64,000 bases of DNA from the human T2T-CHM13v2.0 reference genome, Homo sapiens. The stretch's first letter is position 1. The number at the start of each line of letters is the position of its first letter. The DNA lies in assembly GCF_009914755.1 (NCBI RefSeq), contig NC_060931.1; one strand, given 5' to 3'. The notes beneath the pieces were generated by a model. That model was not told where the DNA came from, ran no database searches, and saw only the letters and a program-made list of their open reading frames with translations. The translations under genes were made by a program, and so were the position numbers. Shown in pieces: positions 1 through 26,600 of the stretch.

Positions 1-200
1 GGATGATTGTCAGTGGGCTCTGAAGCAGACCCCAGAGGGAAGCGTTCTACAGGATATCTCCAGCATCACCGGTGCAGGCACCCTTGGGGGAGCCACATGA
101 CCACAGCAGACATCAATCATCCAGACAGGAAGAGCACACACATCATGGTTTTTGGAACATATAGGTGCACCAAAAAGTCCTAGGCTGGTATTTGTTATCA

Positions 201-661
<461 letters not shown>

Positions 662-683
<22 letters not shown>

Positions 684-755
684 ATATATTATAAATATAA
701 ATAATATATATATTTATAACATAATATATATTTATAATATATATTATATATATAT
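662..755. repeat. AT-rich (TA)n low-complexity tract derived from an Alu tail
   Basis: Almost pure A/T run. Confidence 0.9.
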
Positions 756-1223
756 GCATGCCTCAGATTCTTCCATTGCACCTGCATTAGAAAATAAACT
801 GAAGTGCAAGCAAGGCCTCATCTGCTTAGGAAGGGACTTGAAAGCAGGTGGCTGTTGTCTCAGGTGCTTCCAGGAAATAAGCACTGAACTGGCCTCCCAT
901 GGCTGCTATATTTATGACAAGTCAGATATATACTCATTTTGCGTCTTGTCATTGTAAAGTTGATTCCCTGTCTGACTATGTCTGCTGAGAAGAATAAAGT
1001 GCTTTCTCATAATACTGAATAATGTGTGTCAATCATTCCAAGAAGTGCTGACGTGTAACTCTGAAACTCAAAATGTTTACCATACAAAATCATATCTTTA
1101 AGCTTGGCATGGAAAACTATATTGGTCACAGGTTGATTCTGCTCACTAACCTCGACATCGCTGACCTAGCTGTAATTAATTCAACCTGTAATAAAACATT
1201 GCAGATATTTTTTTTTTTTTTAA

Positions 1224-1516
<293 letters not shown>

Positions 1517-2112
1517 TGAACCAATGCACCCTCCTGAGTTGTCTCAGCCTTCACAGCACTCTGCAAAGGTGGAGAAACTTAAGAGTGGGGAAACGATGTT
1601 CAGGGTTTCTCAGTGTTCAGAAGAACACGGGTCCCAGGCTGCTTCTGCCATGAACAAATACTCATGATATTTTAAGTAAAAACACTACAAATAGTATGCA
1701 TTACTTGATGCCAATTTTTGAAAAATTGGTGGATAAGCACAAACAAATTGGAAAGATATCCAAAAGCATTCATGGTGATTTTTCTCTCGGTCATTAGATG
1801 GTTGCATTTTTCTAATTTTTACAGTGATTATGTATTGCTTTCATAATCAGGCAAAAACATCAGAGTTAGAAAAAATATATAATGAAAAAGAAAAATCGAT
1901 GCCTTATCAAGTCATGAACAAAAACCCAAAAATGCTGAAAGGAACGGCACCAAACCATCCAAAGGAATTACCTTTGGCCAGAAGTTTTAGGTTAATTTGG
2001 CTCTTTTTTACTTTCCTTCTCTCCTTTATTTTTCATAAAAATGTGTTATTTCTATGGTGAAAACCACATACAGATTTTCATATTCTGAAAATGAATCAGG
2101 GCAAGACGGTCA

Positions 2113-2364
<252 letters not shown>

Positions 2365-2428
2365 TTAAGCCTTTCTGGTTGTCTTTTCTCACCATCCCTA
2401 CCCTGACACATGCTTAGCTGCCACATAA

Positions 2429-2578
<150 letters not shown>

Positions 2579-2585
2579 TGAGTAG

Positions 2586-2801
<216 letters not shown>

Positions 2802-3076
2802 TAGAGAAGCTAAGTGACTTGTCAAAAATCACAAAGTCAAAAAAAAAAAAATCACAAAGTTTGATGGAACACAAGATCAGCTTTCTCTCTCTAGGTGCTT
2901 TCTATACTCTTCTCCACACCCATCTTTTGTCTGTTTCTCCACCATTCACATGCACCACACACCACCAGCAGTTTGCTCGCAGGGACCCTCAACCCAGGAG
3001 GCCCCTGCATTACAGGCCACAAATTCGACTGGGCCTCAGGCTGGAGAAGAACAATCACCATGCACTGCTTGGATAA

Positions 3077-3421
<345 letters not shown>

Positions 3422-3837
3422 TAACCAAGGTAGCAAGATTCCACAGCTTAGGACACCAAGAATCGAGTCTTCTAAGTTCTGTGTACTGGTGTCTTTCCCA
3501 CACAATAACCACAGGACTGTGAAGATGCCAAGATATGGCCCTCATTGTATTGGTGAAGGAAATGAACACTGACTTCGGCTGCCTGATGAGGTTGCAGTTT
3601 AAGGGTGCACAGGTGAAGACAAAGAACAATTCTTTCACCAATCGGCATTTATAGACGACACCACAGGGTATTACGAAACCAAGGAGGATTTTAGGAATCC
3701 TACTACTTGCCCCTACTATCCTACTTATTCCTCTGATTCCCACAGCTACTACCCTAGCCCCAAGCCTCACAGTTTTAACAAGTTCACCACCTCGGTCACC
3801 TCAGGGGTCCATCTTACCAGTTTTCACTTTCAAGCTA

Positions 3838-4110
<273 letters not shown>

Positions 4111-5077
4111 TCACTGAGCGAACTTGGGGCAATCTCTTGATCTCTCTGAGACTCACGACCTTATGTGTAGAGAGTTAATACCTTCCCAATACTTATCCAA
4201 TTCATCTCATGGGAGGGCTGTCAAGAGAATTGAGTCCCTCTGGAGTCTCTGACAATCTCCCGTCTCCTACTGCTGTAAATGCGAATGTTATGACTCCTGG
4301 CCCTCTATGCTTTCCTCCTCTCCACTTTCTCAATTCATCCCCCTCTTCCAAATGGCTCTGGCCCTTCCCCAATTTTTTCCTAATTGCCTGCTTAGACTTT
4401 CAAACTCCAACGTGTCACCAACCCCACAAAATCCAGGAGCCTAATCCTGAATTCATCAACTCTCCACAAAGCCAGGTCCCCTCCACAAACTCCCTGCCCC
4501 TTCAGCAGAGCCTCCATTCTCCCAGATTCCTAGAATCTTGGAATCATGGATTTGTCCTTCTCTGGTTTCAGTCAGTCGATCACCCAGCAAAGCTTGCTAG
4601 TTCTCCTTTCGGAATCTTTCCTCCGATTCCCACAGCTATCACCCTAGCTCCAAGCCTCAGCATCTCTGCCAGCCTCTCCCCTCTCCGTTTATCTAACACC
4701 CAGATTGCTCAAGCACTCTTTTAATAAAACAAACAAAAAGCACTATTTTACTCATGTTACTCTCCTGCTTTAAAATCTTCAAAGGCTGCCTATCGCCTAA
4801 AGAATGAAATCAAAACTCTTTAGTCTTGTGATCAAGACTACTTAACAATATGCCTTAATCCTCCATTCACACCTTCACCCTTCCCCACGCTTCCCCATGG
4901 AAACTGGCCATGTCTACACTAGCCACCTCTCTTCTCCACTTGCTCAAGTCTTTTTTCTTTTTCTTTTTTTTTCTTCCTGAGACAGGAAGTCCCAGGCTGG
5001 AGTGCAGTAACATGATCATAGCTCACTACAGCCTCAAACTTCTGGGCTCAAGTGATCCTCCCGCCACAGCCTCCTGA

Positions 5078-5305
<228 letters not shown>

Positions 5306-6556
5306 TGACACCAGCTGGACGAGTGCTCACGGTCCCAGCTTCAATCCTCCTCTGCTTTCAGGAGGCCGCACCTCCCTTCACCTGCTCCCCGGCCAGCCTC
5401 CCAGCGCTCTGCGCATGCATCACTTCCTCCAGGACGCACCCCCGCCCTGCTCAGCCTGGTTGAAATGCTTTTTAAGTGCCCCATTTAGGTGGTTTTTGGA
5501 CCATGATGTGGGGGCATCGACTGTTTTGAGGAACAGTTTCTGTATTCAAACCCTGCCTCCTGGCTATAGGACTGTAGTCAGGTTACTTCTACTTTCTGTG
5601 CCTCCATTTCTTTATCTGTACGAAGGGGATAAAGAAAGCTCCCACCTTCTAACCCATTCCTACTGCAAGGCCTTTACCTTCAGATTCCTCCGCCTGAAAA
5701 ACCCTTCCTCCCTCCCCCAACCTTCCCATGCTATCAATGCCGCCTGCTCAGAGAGGGTTTCTTCAGATACCACGAGATCTGCCGTCACTAGATATGCCAC
5801 CCAGCTAGTTCCCCATCGGCCGAACCAGCTGCATGCCACCCACTCCTCAACCTAATGGCTTCACTCCTCCCACCCCGTGAAATTATTCAAACAAGCTAAT
5901 CACATCCTTCTGCAAGAACCAAAGGTCACCTCACCCTCGTTCACTGCAGAGCCTGCCTCCCACCGGCCCTGCTGCTTCACTCTGCTCCCAAACGCAGTTC
6001 CCGAGGGCAAGCCCTGTGTGGCCCGCATGGCGTGCGGTGTCCTTCTCCCCTGGGCTCTGAAGACGAGTGACTAAAAACAGCTGTCAAGCCCGTCTGTCCA
6101 GTGTCAGGGTAATGTGTTCGGCCATCTTGTACTATTTAGGGCAGGAGGGGGTCCCTCCTTCAATGGGGTGAATAACGGTGATCAGAACAAGCCCCCACTC
6201 TCCATCCTGCCCCTCGCCGTCCCCTGCTTGGTTTCCTGCCCACCACTCATCACTGCCTGAAATCTCATTAGTCACGGACATGCCTCCGTGTCCCTTTCTA
6301 GAATGTCTATCAAAGCAGGGTCTTGGCCTGCCAGTGTGTAAGCCCTAGATCCGTTCCTAGTACACAGGGAATGTCTAAGGAATGAATGGAGGGAGCGGTG
6401 AGAACTCAACGAGGACAGAGTGCTTAGCCATCTCAGACACACCGCAAGCGATCTACATATTTTGGCTCTTATTATAGATGCTTGGTTATTCATCTTTCTA
6501 GCTAGACTATAACCTCCATGAGGTAACAGGTGGTATCTACAGTCTAGCAGAGTGGA

Positions 6557-7088
6557 GCTGGGCATGGTGGCGCATGCCTGTAGTCCTAGCCACTTGGGAG
6601 GCTGAGATGGGAGGATCACCTGAGCCCAGGAGTTTGAGGCTGTAGGGCAGTATGCCCATGCCTGTGAACAGCCCTGCACTCCAGCCTGGGTGTCATAGCG
6701 AGGTCCCCATCTTTAATAAGAAAAAAAAGACAAAATCCCCCCAAAACGATAGTCTAGCTGAGAGACTGGCACATTAATGCTCAGTATGGCCGGGTGTGAT
6801 GTCTCACACCTGTAATGTCAGCACTTTGGGAGGTCGAGGCAGGCGAATCACCTGAGGTCAGGAGTTTAAGAGCAGCCCAGCCAACATGGTGAAACCCCGT
6901 CTCTACTAAAAATACAAAAATTTGCTGGACGTGGTAGGGCTCACCTGTAATCCCAGCTACTCAGGAGGCTGAGGCAGGAGAATCACTTGAACCCGGGAGG
7001 CAGAGGTTGCAGTGAGCCGAGACTGTGCCACTGCACAACAGCCTGGGCTACAGAGCGAGATTCTATTTTTTTTTTTTTAAAAAAAAAG
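6557..7088 (+). mobile_element. FAM/FRAM-like monomer (~6557-6730) and AluS (~6788-7088)
   Basis: Monomer with a gtgaacagccctgcactccagcc ending, then a dimeric Alu. Confidence 0.85.
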
Positions 7089-7239
7089 CTCAATACGTAC
7101 TCACAAAAGGTCAAAAAATGGTGAACAACTGTCAAACACTGAAAAGACAAAGGAATTTCTTTTATGTCCTCGAGTGGGGTTGATAACTGAAGACACAAAG
7201 ATGAAGGAAGCAATCCTACCACCAAGTCACTTGAGTTCA

Positions 7240-7536
<297 letters not shown>

Positions 7537-7771
7537 CTATACAAAAAACAACACACAGGAAAACAGAGAACCTTCACAGAGCTGTTTGACAAGGTGCCAA
7601 AAATGGAGTGTCACAGGCCACAGCAGCTTCCTCTGCTCTGGCAGGCTCCTTTGACCTGTGGCTGTCATCTGGCCTTGAACTCTCCTGAGCAGTTTATCTC
7701 CCCCGCTAGAGGCTAAAACCCTTAGGCAGAGATTGTATCTTCCTTTTCTTCTAAATTCCTCATTGTTCTAT

Positions 7772-8208
7772 TGTTATGGGTTGAATTGTCCACATAAAAG
7801 AGTCCTGAACTCTGATACCTGTGAATATGGCCTTTTTGGAAAGAGGGTCTTTGCAGATGGAATCAGGTTAAGAAGAGGTCATACTGGATTTGAATGGGCT
7901 CTAATCCCATATGACCACTGTCCTGATAAGAAACGTAGACACAGAGGCACACAGGGAAGAATACCACGTGACAACAGAGGCAGAGAAGTAGGCACTTGCA
8001 AGCCAAGGAATGCGGAGGACGGCCCGCAGCACCAGAGCTGGGGAGAGGCAAGGAGGGGGCTCCCTTCAGGTCTTCCGAGGGAGCACGGCCCTGCTGACGC
8101 CTTGATTTCAGACCTCTGGCCTCCAGAACCATGACAGAATAAATCTTTATTGTCTTATGCCACCCAGTTTGCTGTAATTTGTTACAGCAACCCTAAGAGA
8201 TTACTACA
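7772..8208 (+). mobile_element. MaLR solo LTR (MLT1-type)
   Basis: TG...CA termini (tgttatgggttgaattg...actaca), internal AATAAA, near-perfect 5-bp TSD tctat/tctac. Confidence 0.85.
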
Positions 8209-8866
8209 TCTACCACAACCCTTTACATACATAATCCCTCCAATAAATGACAAGTGAATGAATGAAGGAATGAATGGACAATTGGGCCCACACAGAATTT
8301 ATTTAATGGAATCATTTTTATGTTTTGATGATACAACAAACAGGGTAATCTTTTTCAGCACACATGGCCTCTGTAAGAGACACACTGTAAGAGAGACATG
8401 CTGGCTCTAAGATTAACGAGAGCCATGAGGCCACCGAAGCATCTCACAAGCCCAATACTACCTGTCACTTAGCAATATAATGCCCCCTGGCCTGGGGATT
8501 TCCAGGAGACAAGAGCACCTCAGCACAGAGGTGACTTTCAGAAACCTCAAAGAGCATAGCCCGAATTATATGCCTCAGCATCAGACAGTGTCTAAGATTC
8601 ATCTTTGGCAGGCACTGAGCCAAAGGAGAAAGCTGCCCCTGCAGAAGCTGCTCAGCTGGGATCATCTGAAGCCCTCGACACAGCAGCAACCCGTCATACT
8701 AAATGTAAGCACACATCTAGCAGAATTTATTTTCCATTCTCCTCATGACGTTTTCATAAAATCAAGCATGGAGAATTGGGGGGAAAGGACTTCAATGGCT
8801 TCGGGGAAACAGTGTTCCTGACAAGTGACAAAGAAGTAATGGAGAGGATTAAAAAATTAAACACAG

Positions 8867-9207
<341 letters not shown>

Positions 9208-9284
9208 CTAAGGGTTTTGAAAGAGGCACATATCTAATTTCTTAACATACTTGTCCAGAATCTAAAACTGAGTTGACTTCTACC

Positions 9285-9800
<516 letters not shown>

Positions 9801-10360
9801 AGTCTGCCAGCGAGGGAGGCCCAGCTGTTTTCAGTGATTACTTTCAAAGCTGCTGTGATTGAAGAAAGATTTCTGATCATAAGTGTGTTGAGTGACCCTG
9901 GATGGTGACAGACTTTACAAAGAAAATGAGTTTGGGATGAATGAATGTTCACATGGTGAAACTAGACTCACTGTTTTTACAGAATTAACCCATCAGCTTA
10001 AACAACCAGGCAATTCAGTGGGAAAATAATCAGTCAAACTGGTTGTTCAACTTAATTGGCTGGGTGGTTGTATCATAGATTCCGTCTAGGCCGAGGCTGG
10101 CAATAAAGGGTGCCTTTTATCAGATCGGGGTGGCCACCTGAAGGCTGACTAGGGCTGTGGTCAAATCTGACCCTGGGCAAAGCATTCTTAAGACACAGCT
10201 TCGTTCCCTCTAGCTTATCGAACAGTTTCCCAATTGTGAAATCTTCCACAGCCACAACCAGAAAGGCATAGCCAGCATTCCAGCCAGCCTCCCAGCAAGG
10301 GCCCTGGGGGGCAGGGCTTGTATGAAAACAGCAGAGGCAGCCCTCCTGCAGCTGCCATCA

Positions 10361-10558
<198 letters not shown>

Positions 10559-11155
10559 TCATTTGCTGACTTTAGTTAGATGGCCAGCCTATCCTAGAAT
10601 AACTGCGTCTTTGGCCACTGGAAAAGGAGTCCCAGTCATAAGGGTTCCCAGTACGTCACTTGTGCTGTGAATTGAGGCTGCAGTTCTGTTATATGAATGA
10701 GCTTCATTCAAACCATAAAACCTGTGAGTTGCTGGGTAAATAAGACTGCAAGCTGGGCTTGCCCCTTCCTAAGAATCTATTAATGTATTAATATCCTCTG
10801 CACTGAGTCATTTCTGCTTCTATGGAGCTACATGTAACACGATTCTGTAAAATCCAAAACAAGTTAGCCATGCAGTTGGATTACTCTGGAGCAGCTGATG
10901 AAAAGTCTCAGATGGAATAGACTGAAATGGGGAACATGTCCACTTTTAGTTACCCTCACATTTTGCATATTCAAGTTCTCCCTATTCATATTCTTACAAC
11001 TATTAAAAATCAGTTGGGGCTGACTTTTATGTGAGAAAGTTATTCTAAAGCCTTACTGACCTCTAGAAGCCACAGTCGTGTGCATTTGGCATTGCACATC
11101 TCTTTATCTAATCCTGGCCCAAATCACTGAAGAAAGAGCCATTCACTCCCTCTTA

Positions 11156-11257
<102 letters not shown>

Positions 11258-11932
11258 TTAAAAAAAAAGGGGGGGGGTTTCTTTCTGGTTAAAACATAAT
11301 AGAGAGAAATGTAAAGTCCTGTTTTTAGGCTTACACAATTCATACATTTAAAACTGGGAAACTGTAACTTTCCTAGTTCATCTAAGTTCATAGCTCACAG
11401 TTGAGAGCAAGGCCATCCAGGACCTCACAGAGGCTAATGCAGCCTTAAGGTGACAGGCTCCCTGTTCCCGATGCTGGTTGGACCACAGCCAGACCTTATA
11501 TTCAGCTCTAAGCCCCACATTTAAGAGATATGATAATAAACAAGAAACCATTCAGAAGAGAATATTGCAAGGCTTAAAACGAAGACAGCTGGCTGATAAA
11601 CTGGCTCACCAGAGTTAATTAACACACAACACCGACATTTTGGGGATGAGTAGGTGTTTTATATTTAACAAAGGTAAAGCCATGCCCAATTTTTGACTCA
11701 TACATACAGTTGCTCAGATTTTTTGACTCACAGTTGCTTGTGTGCCATAAGACTGCTGCTTAAATCACACTTGTCAAGTCCAAGTTGGACAATTCACAAG
11801 AAAGGAAGATGTGTTCCACAAGCAGACATGCAAATGTTTAACTCTTACTGTAAGCAAAGAAATATGAGCTGAAACAATGCATTCTTCCAATCTTATTTAG
11901 TTTGAGGGGGTAAAGGTAAAATGACAAAACCC

Positions 11933-12245
11933 AGACCGGGTGCAGTAGCTCACACCTGTAATCCCAGCACTTTGGGAGGCTAAGGCGGGTGGATGGCTTG
12001 AGCCCAGGGGTTCAAGACCAGCCTGGGCAACATGGTAAAACCCCATCTCTACAAAAAATACAAGAATTAGCTGAGTGTGGTGGTGCTCACCTGTGGTCCC
12101 AGCTACCAGGAAGGCTGAGGTGGGAGGATTGTTTGAGCCCAGGAAGTCGAGGCTGCAGTGAGTCATGATCATACTACTGCACTCCAGCCTGGGTGGCAGA
12201 GTGAGACCCTGTCTCAAAAAAAACCCCAAAAAACAAAAACAAAAA
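11933..12245 (+). mobile_element. AluJ
   Basis: J-type motifs (gcttgagcccagg, gaggctgcagtgag). Confidence 0.88.
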
Positions 12246-13324
12246 CTATTGTTGGAAAAGTTATGACAAATCCAATAGACTCATCACATACTACTCGAGG
12301 CACTGGAATCAGAAAAGTCACTGAAAGGCCATTTGTCGGGACCTATCGGGTGTCATTAAAATGCCCGCACCCTTTAAGCCAGCAATCCTATTTTTCTTGA
12401 ACTTGTTTATTATGAAAGTAATTCAAAAGCAAATAAAAATCCACATGCATAAAGATGCTCATCATGGTGTCTACATTCTGGAGAAAAATTAGAAATAAAG
12501 TGTCCAAAATAGATAGTCAACGTCACGTCAACTCAGTGGACACAATAGACATTCCTTAAAAATACTATCAAAATGAATCCTGTCTTTGGCATTTCCTTAC
12601 GGGAGCAAGTGGCGGTGTTTTAGGATTTTCAGAGCTGCTGCGTTACATTATTTCCAAAAGGTTTCTCTACCCGTGGAGTCTACCCTGGTCCTTTTCTGAG
12701 TCTCTTAAATTTTCTTTTCTCCTGATCCACCAGAATCAGGAATCTGCTCTAATCTCATGACTTCCCTTTGGTGACCTTCGGCGTCCACGCTCATCTTTTT
12801 CCAGATGCTTTTACTTTCTCTCCCACTATGACTGTCATATGTCAAAACAGGATTATAAAAAGTGATGATTTAATGTCAAATTTAAAAATGATCTTTACGA
12901 AGGATGCACAGTAATATGGGGAGGGATCTCATATTAGGTAAAACAAAGAAAAGAAAAAAATTATTTCCATGTATGCTACAATCATATAAAATTATACCTG
13001 TCTACGGCTATAGAGAGAAATAGTACAAGAGGCAAAATACAAATGAAGACATTAGAGTGATGGGGTTTCTCATTTTTTTCATAATCTTTCTTATTTTAAA
13101 TTTCACTTATTTTAAAGTTGTTTTTCATCAAAATGAATTTTGTTGTTTTTTCATTAAAATTAATTTTTTTAGCCTCTAATCTGAAAAAGATTATAGACGC
13201 TCAGAAATAAGCCTAGCTTCTGGGAATTAAAGGGTAAGTGGATTAAATACAAACTGGAAGGTGAGACAGCAACATCCGACAGAATTCACAGCAACAACTG
13301 TATGGCACTAAGGGCTGAGCCCCC

Positions 13325-14122
<798 letters not shown>

Positions 14123-14419
14123 GACCTCAATCAGTTCTCAGTTCTTTAAGACACAGCTGCCGCCTAGGATAGTACTAGTATAACTAAGTTCTAGAGAAAA
14201 GTATAGCTATGTCTCTGGGAAGAATAAACCAGTTATGAGGTGTTGACAAGAATCAGTCCTTGAACTGACCTTTCAAATATATATTTTTAAAAAGGAACAA
14301 AGTAAAAGGGAAGGAAAAAAAGGAGAAAAAAAGGAAATAGATATTAGTCTCATCAAACTAAAGATCCCCCATGTTTTGGGAGAATGAAGCGCTTCTGCTG
14401 AGGGCTATGGGAAGTCTCA

Positions 14420-14677
<258 letters not shown>

Positions 14678-14859
14678 TCACTCTGTGAGCAGGAGGGACC
14701 CCGACACAGCTCTACCGACATGAGTCCCAAGGCCACCCCGCATCCAGCCCTGACTTGCCCCAAGTCCCTTTGACCTTCTGTTTTCTTTGGTATCTTGAAA
14801 TATCCTTAATCATTCCAATACTATATCGTCACTAATTGCAATTAAGAATATGATAGAAT

Positions 14860-16684
<1,825 letters not shown>

Positions 16685-17030
16685 TAGTATTTTAAAGAGA
16701 AAGGAAAAACATAAGTCCCCATAGCCTTGTTCCAACGCCAGGGAAGAGTTGTGATAACCCATCTGAACAATGATCCCCACAGCTTCCAATGGGGGAGCAA
16801 TATAAACATTGCAGTCTTCAGGCTCAAGGAGGTCAGCATCGCCACTAACAAGAAGCTGACACCACTTCCGACTCCACCAACCTAGTAAGTTACATATGGG
16901 TCTATCGCTTGGCAGAGGCTTTGCATCCATGGGAAACAGTCCCCATTCCAATGGCTATTTGTTCACCCGTTCATTCACTCACTCAGAAATCACTCGCCAG
17001 GACCAGGGACCCATCTACACACAAGAATTA

Positions 17031-17147
<117 letters not shown>

Positions 17148-17582
17148 CTATGATTTTCATTTAAATATATTTAGGGAAACTCAAAAGGCACCTACACCTC
17201 AAGATTTTCTCTGGTTTTAGTGAAGCTTTAATTTTCCACAAAAAGTTAACAGAAGTCAGAAAACAGAGTGCTCCTGGCCAGATCAAAAAGCTTCCCTGGT
17301 CTTTTCCTACCAAAACCCTAAAACTTCTCAAACCAACTGCTGTGCTTGGTTCTGACTTCTCTTTCTGCCTGAGCCATTTTCAGCACATACATTTTACTGA
17401 GCACCATAATATTTTTCCCTTCAATCCAACCAGCACTACAATTATTCCACCCAAAATACTCCCCCGCCCTCACCAATGGCCTAGCCATGGAACAGAAACA
17501 GAGTGATTTACTCAGATCCCAGGCCAGCCAGTTTCCAAAATGGAAATTTGAGGTTCTGAGGAACGGGCCCTTTAGTAACTCA

Positions 17583-17723
<141 letters not shown>

Positions 17724-17849
17724 CTATGCAGGAAGGAAAAAGAAGGTAAGCCAACAGAAAGTGCTATGACATTCCTGAAATACATTACCCACAACAGATG
17801 ACTAAAAAAAATCAAAGGAATCAGCACATAACATGATTGCAGACCCTAA

Positions 17850-17910
17850 TACACATACACACAGACACACACAGACACACACAGACACACACACACACAC
17901 ACACACACAC
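17850..17910. repeat. Compound (CA)n microsatellite
   Basis: acacatacacacagacacac...(ac)n. Confidence 0.95.
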
Positions 17911-18030
17911 GTGCATGCTCTCTTAAGAGTTCCATCACCAAACGAGAGGATTAGGAAGTACTTGGAGGAGTGGATGGCCACTTCATGGAGAAGTTAAGAC
18001 ATTTTGGCAAATCATGCCTCCTCTCGTTTA

Positions 18031-22928
<4,898 letters not shown>

Positions 22929-23234
22929 TGGTATTCAGTGTTTTATAAAAGACTGAAGGGGAAGGAAATAGACAAGGAAAGGAAAGAGGGAGAGCCCCAC
23001 CAGCTGAAATGTCCTTGAAAACTGCAGTCTTCTCCCAGTTGACCTACAGAAGCCAGTCAGAGAAGCAGCTTCCATCTGGAGTGAGTCCAACTCATCAGCT
23101 GCTTCCCACCAGAGAATTAGAAAACATCCCATTATGCCCACACTCAGCCCATTCAGTGGCACCCAGCAGACAAGACCACACTGCCTGTAAGAATCAAACA
23201 CCCACAAAAGCAATCAACTCCTCAAAGTGGGCTA

Positions 23235-23618
<384 letters not shown>

Positions 23619-23796
23619 TCATAACTAAGAAATGAGGTCAAGCAAGACATGTGCCTTTCACTCAGCTCAGCTACCTGAATTGTCCTAGGAGCTGCCACAG
23701 CACCTGGATCCCACCCCCAACCTCCCCCATTCCCTCCAGGTGGGCCTCTGGGACCACCTCAAAAAGTATTGCAAATAGGGACACATTTGTTCATTA

Positions 23797-23949
<153 letters not shown>

Positions 23950-24002
23950 CTATGGGGGCGAAAATCACAAGATACATGTTAGTAGCAACAGCTGCCAATA
24001 GA

Positions 24003-24770
<768 letters not shown>

Positions 24771-24889
24771 TGGACTTAATCAAAATTTAAAACTTTTGTG
24801 CATCAAAGGACACTTAACAGTGTCCTTTCACTTTCTTAATAGGAAGTGAAAAAAACCCACAGCATGGGAGAAAATCATATATCTGCCTG

Positions 24890-24993
24890 AAAAAAGAAAA
24901 GTAAAGTAAAAAGAAAGGAAAAGAAAAGAAAAAAGGAAGGAAGGAAGAGAGGGAGGGGAAGGAAGGAAGAAAGGAAGGAAGGAAGGAAAGGAA
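24890..24993 (+). repeat. Polypurine (GAAA/GGAA)n tract
   Basis: ~100 nt almost purely A/G on the + strand. Confidence 0.9.
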
Positions 24994-25828
24994 GTCTGTC
25001 CTCATCTAAGTTTACCTTATTTCTCTGCCTTGGCTATCCAAATGAGCCTCAAAATCCTCAATGGGGTCATAAAAATGACCAGACCTTGAAGATTGCACAG
25101 CTCCATGTAACGTATCACAGTCATCAACAAAACTTCAACTCTCAGCTCAGCTCAATAAACGTTATTGAGGACCTGCCTCATACGAGGTCCTGTGTGAAGA
25201 ACTAGGGATGCGAACAACAAGATGTGATTCTTCCCTGCAGGAGCTTAGCTCTGACCTTGACCTTAGTGAAGAAGTAAAGAAGGACTGGTTTTCTCAATTA
25301 GACTACGAACTTGGTGAGGGTCTAAACTGCCCCTGGGAAATGATACCCCCATGTCATACTCAAGACTGTCTAACTCTAGAATATCACTCTGGAACTCAAT
25401 CCCGGGTATGACAACCAACTCTGGACTCCAGAATACTTTGTCTTCAGCCTGTCTAGTCAGGAAAAATAGTTTTTATGGTCAGAATAAGGTTTGGTAATCT
25501 ACATGCCCATTGGCTATATACAATGTTTGAAGATGCTACATAAGAGAAAAAAAATTCAATGACATCTAATGAGTAGTGATTGCATTAGAGCTTCAAGACA
25601 TTCCTATAGAGGAGACAGGCATGGAGGGAGGGAGAACACGCTCTTGAATGACCTGCCTGGTCATGACAAATCCTAGCCAGAAGCACTAAAACTACAGAAT
25701 TTCATCGATTCCAGCTCACGGCTCCTCTCCCTACAAAATGGTTATTGTTCACCATAAAGAAGTGTTGTGCAAGAGTTATCTACTCCCACCCCTGCCTTCC
25801 TCTTATCTCCAAAGAACTCAGTACCTAC

Positions 25829-25945
25829 ATCTTTGAACTGAACCAATCCGAGCTCTCCGAGCTCAGCCACACAGCAATATGCAGCTTCCACCTGGAGAAA
25901 CAGTTGTGACAAACACATCTCCTCGCTTCGAAACACAGACACCAT
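25829..25945 (-). CDS. ATP6V0A4: ATP6V0A4 first coding exon, CDS part (codons 1-39, [39 protein letters not shown]); exon extends to 25962 with 17 nt of 5'UTR
   Basis: V-ATPase a-subunit N-terminal motif FRSEEM-L-QL; strong Kozak CCAAGATGG; acceptor tcctgtag|ACC at 25962; donor GAT|gtaggt at 25829. Confidence 0.98.
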
Positions 25946-26231
25946 CTTGGCCCAGCCTCGGTCTACAGGAGAAAAAGAAAAAGATATTAATATTTAAGGT
26001 AATAAATGTGTGAAAACCTTAGGGTGAAATTTTTAAGTTAAATTAAAATCTAACAGGGAAAAAAAATCCATTAGGAATCACTTCTGATTTTAGGAGACTT
26101 TTTTTTTTTTTTTTTCTTAGACAGGGTCTCACTCTGTTGCCCTGGGCTCGAATGCAGTGGTGCAATTCTGGCTTACTGCAGCCTCAACCTCCCAGGCTCA
26201 AGTAATCCACCCATCTCAGCCTCCTGAATAG

Positions 26232-26600
<369 letters not shown>

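Noticed and set aside
12575-12835. More GC-rich segment interrupting an A-rich L1-like tract
   Set aside because: Could not identify termini, TSD, ORF or RNA-gene motifs; left unannotated
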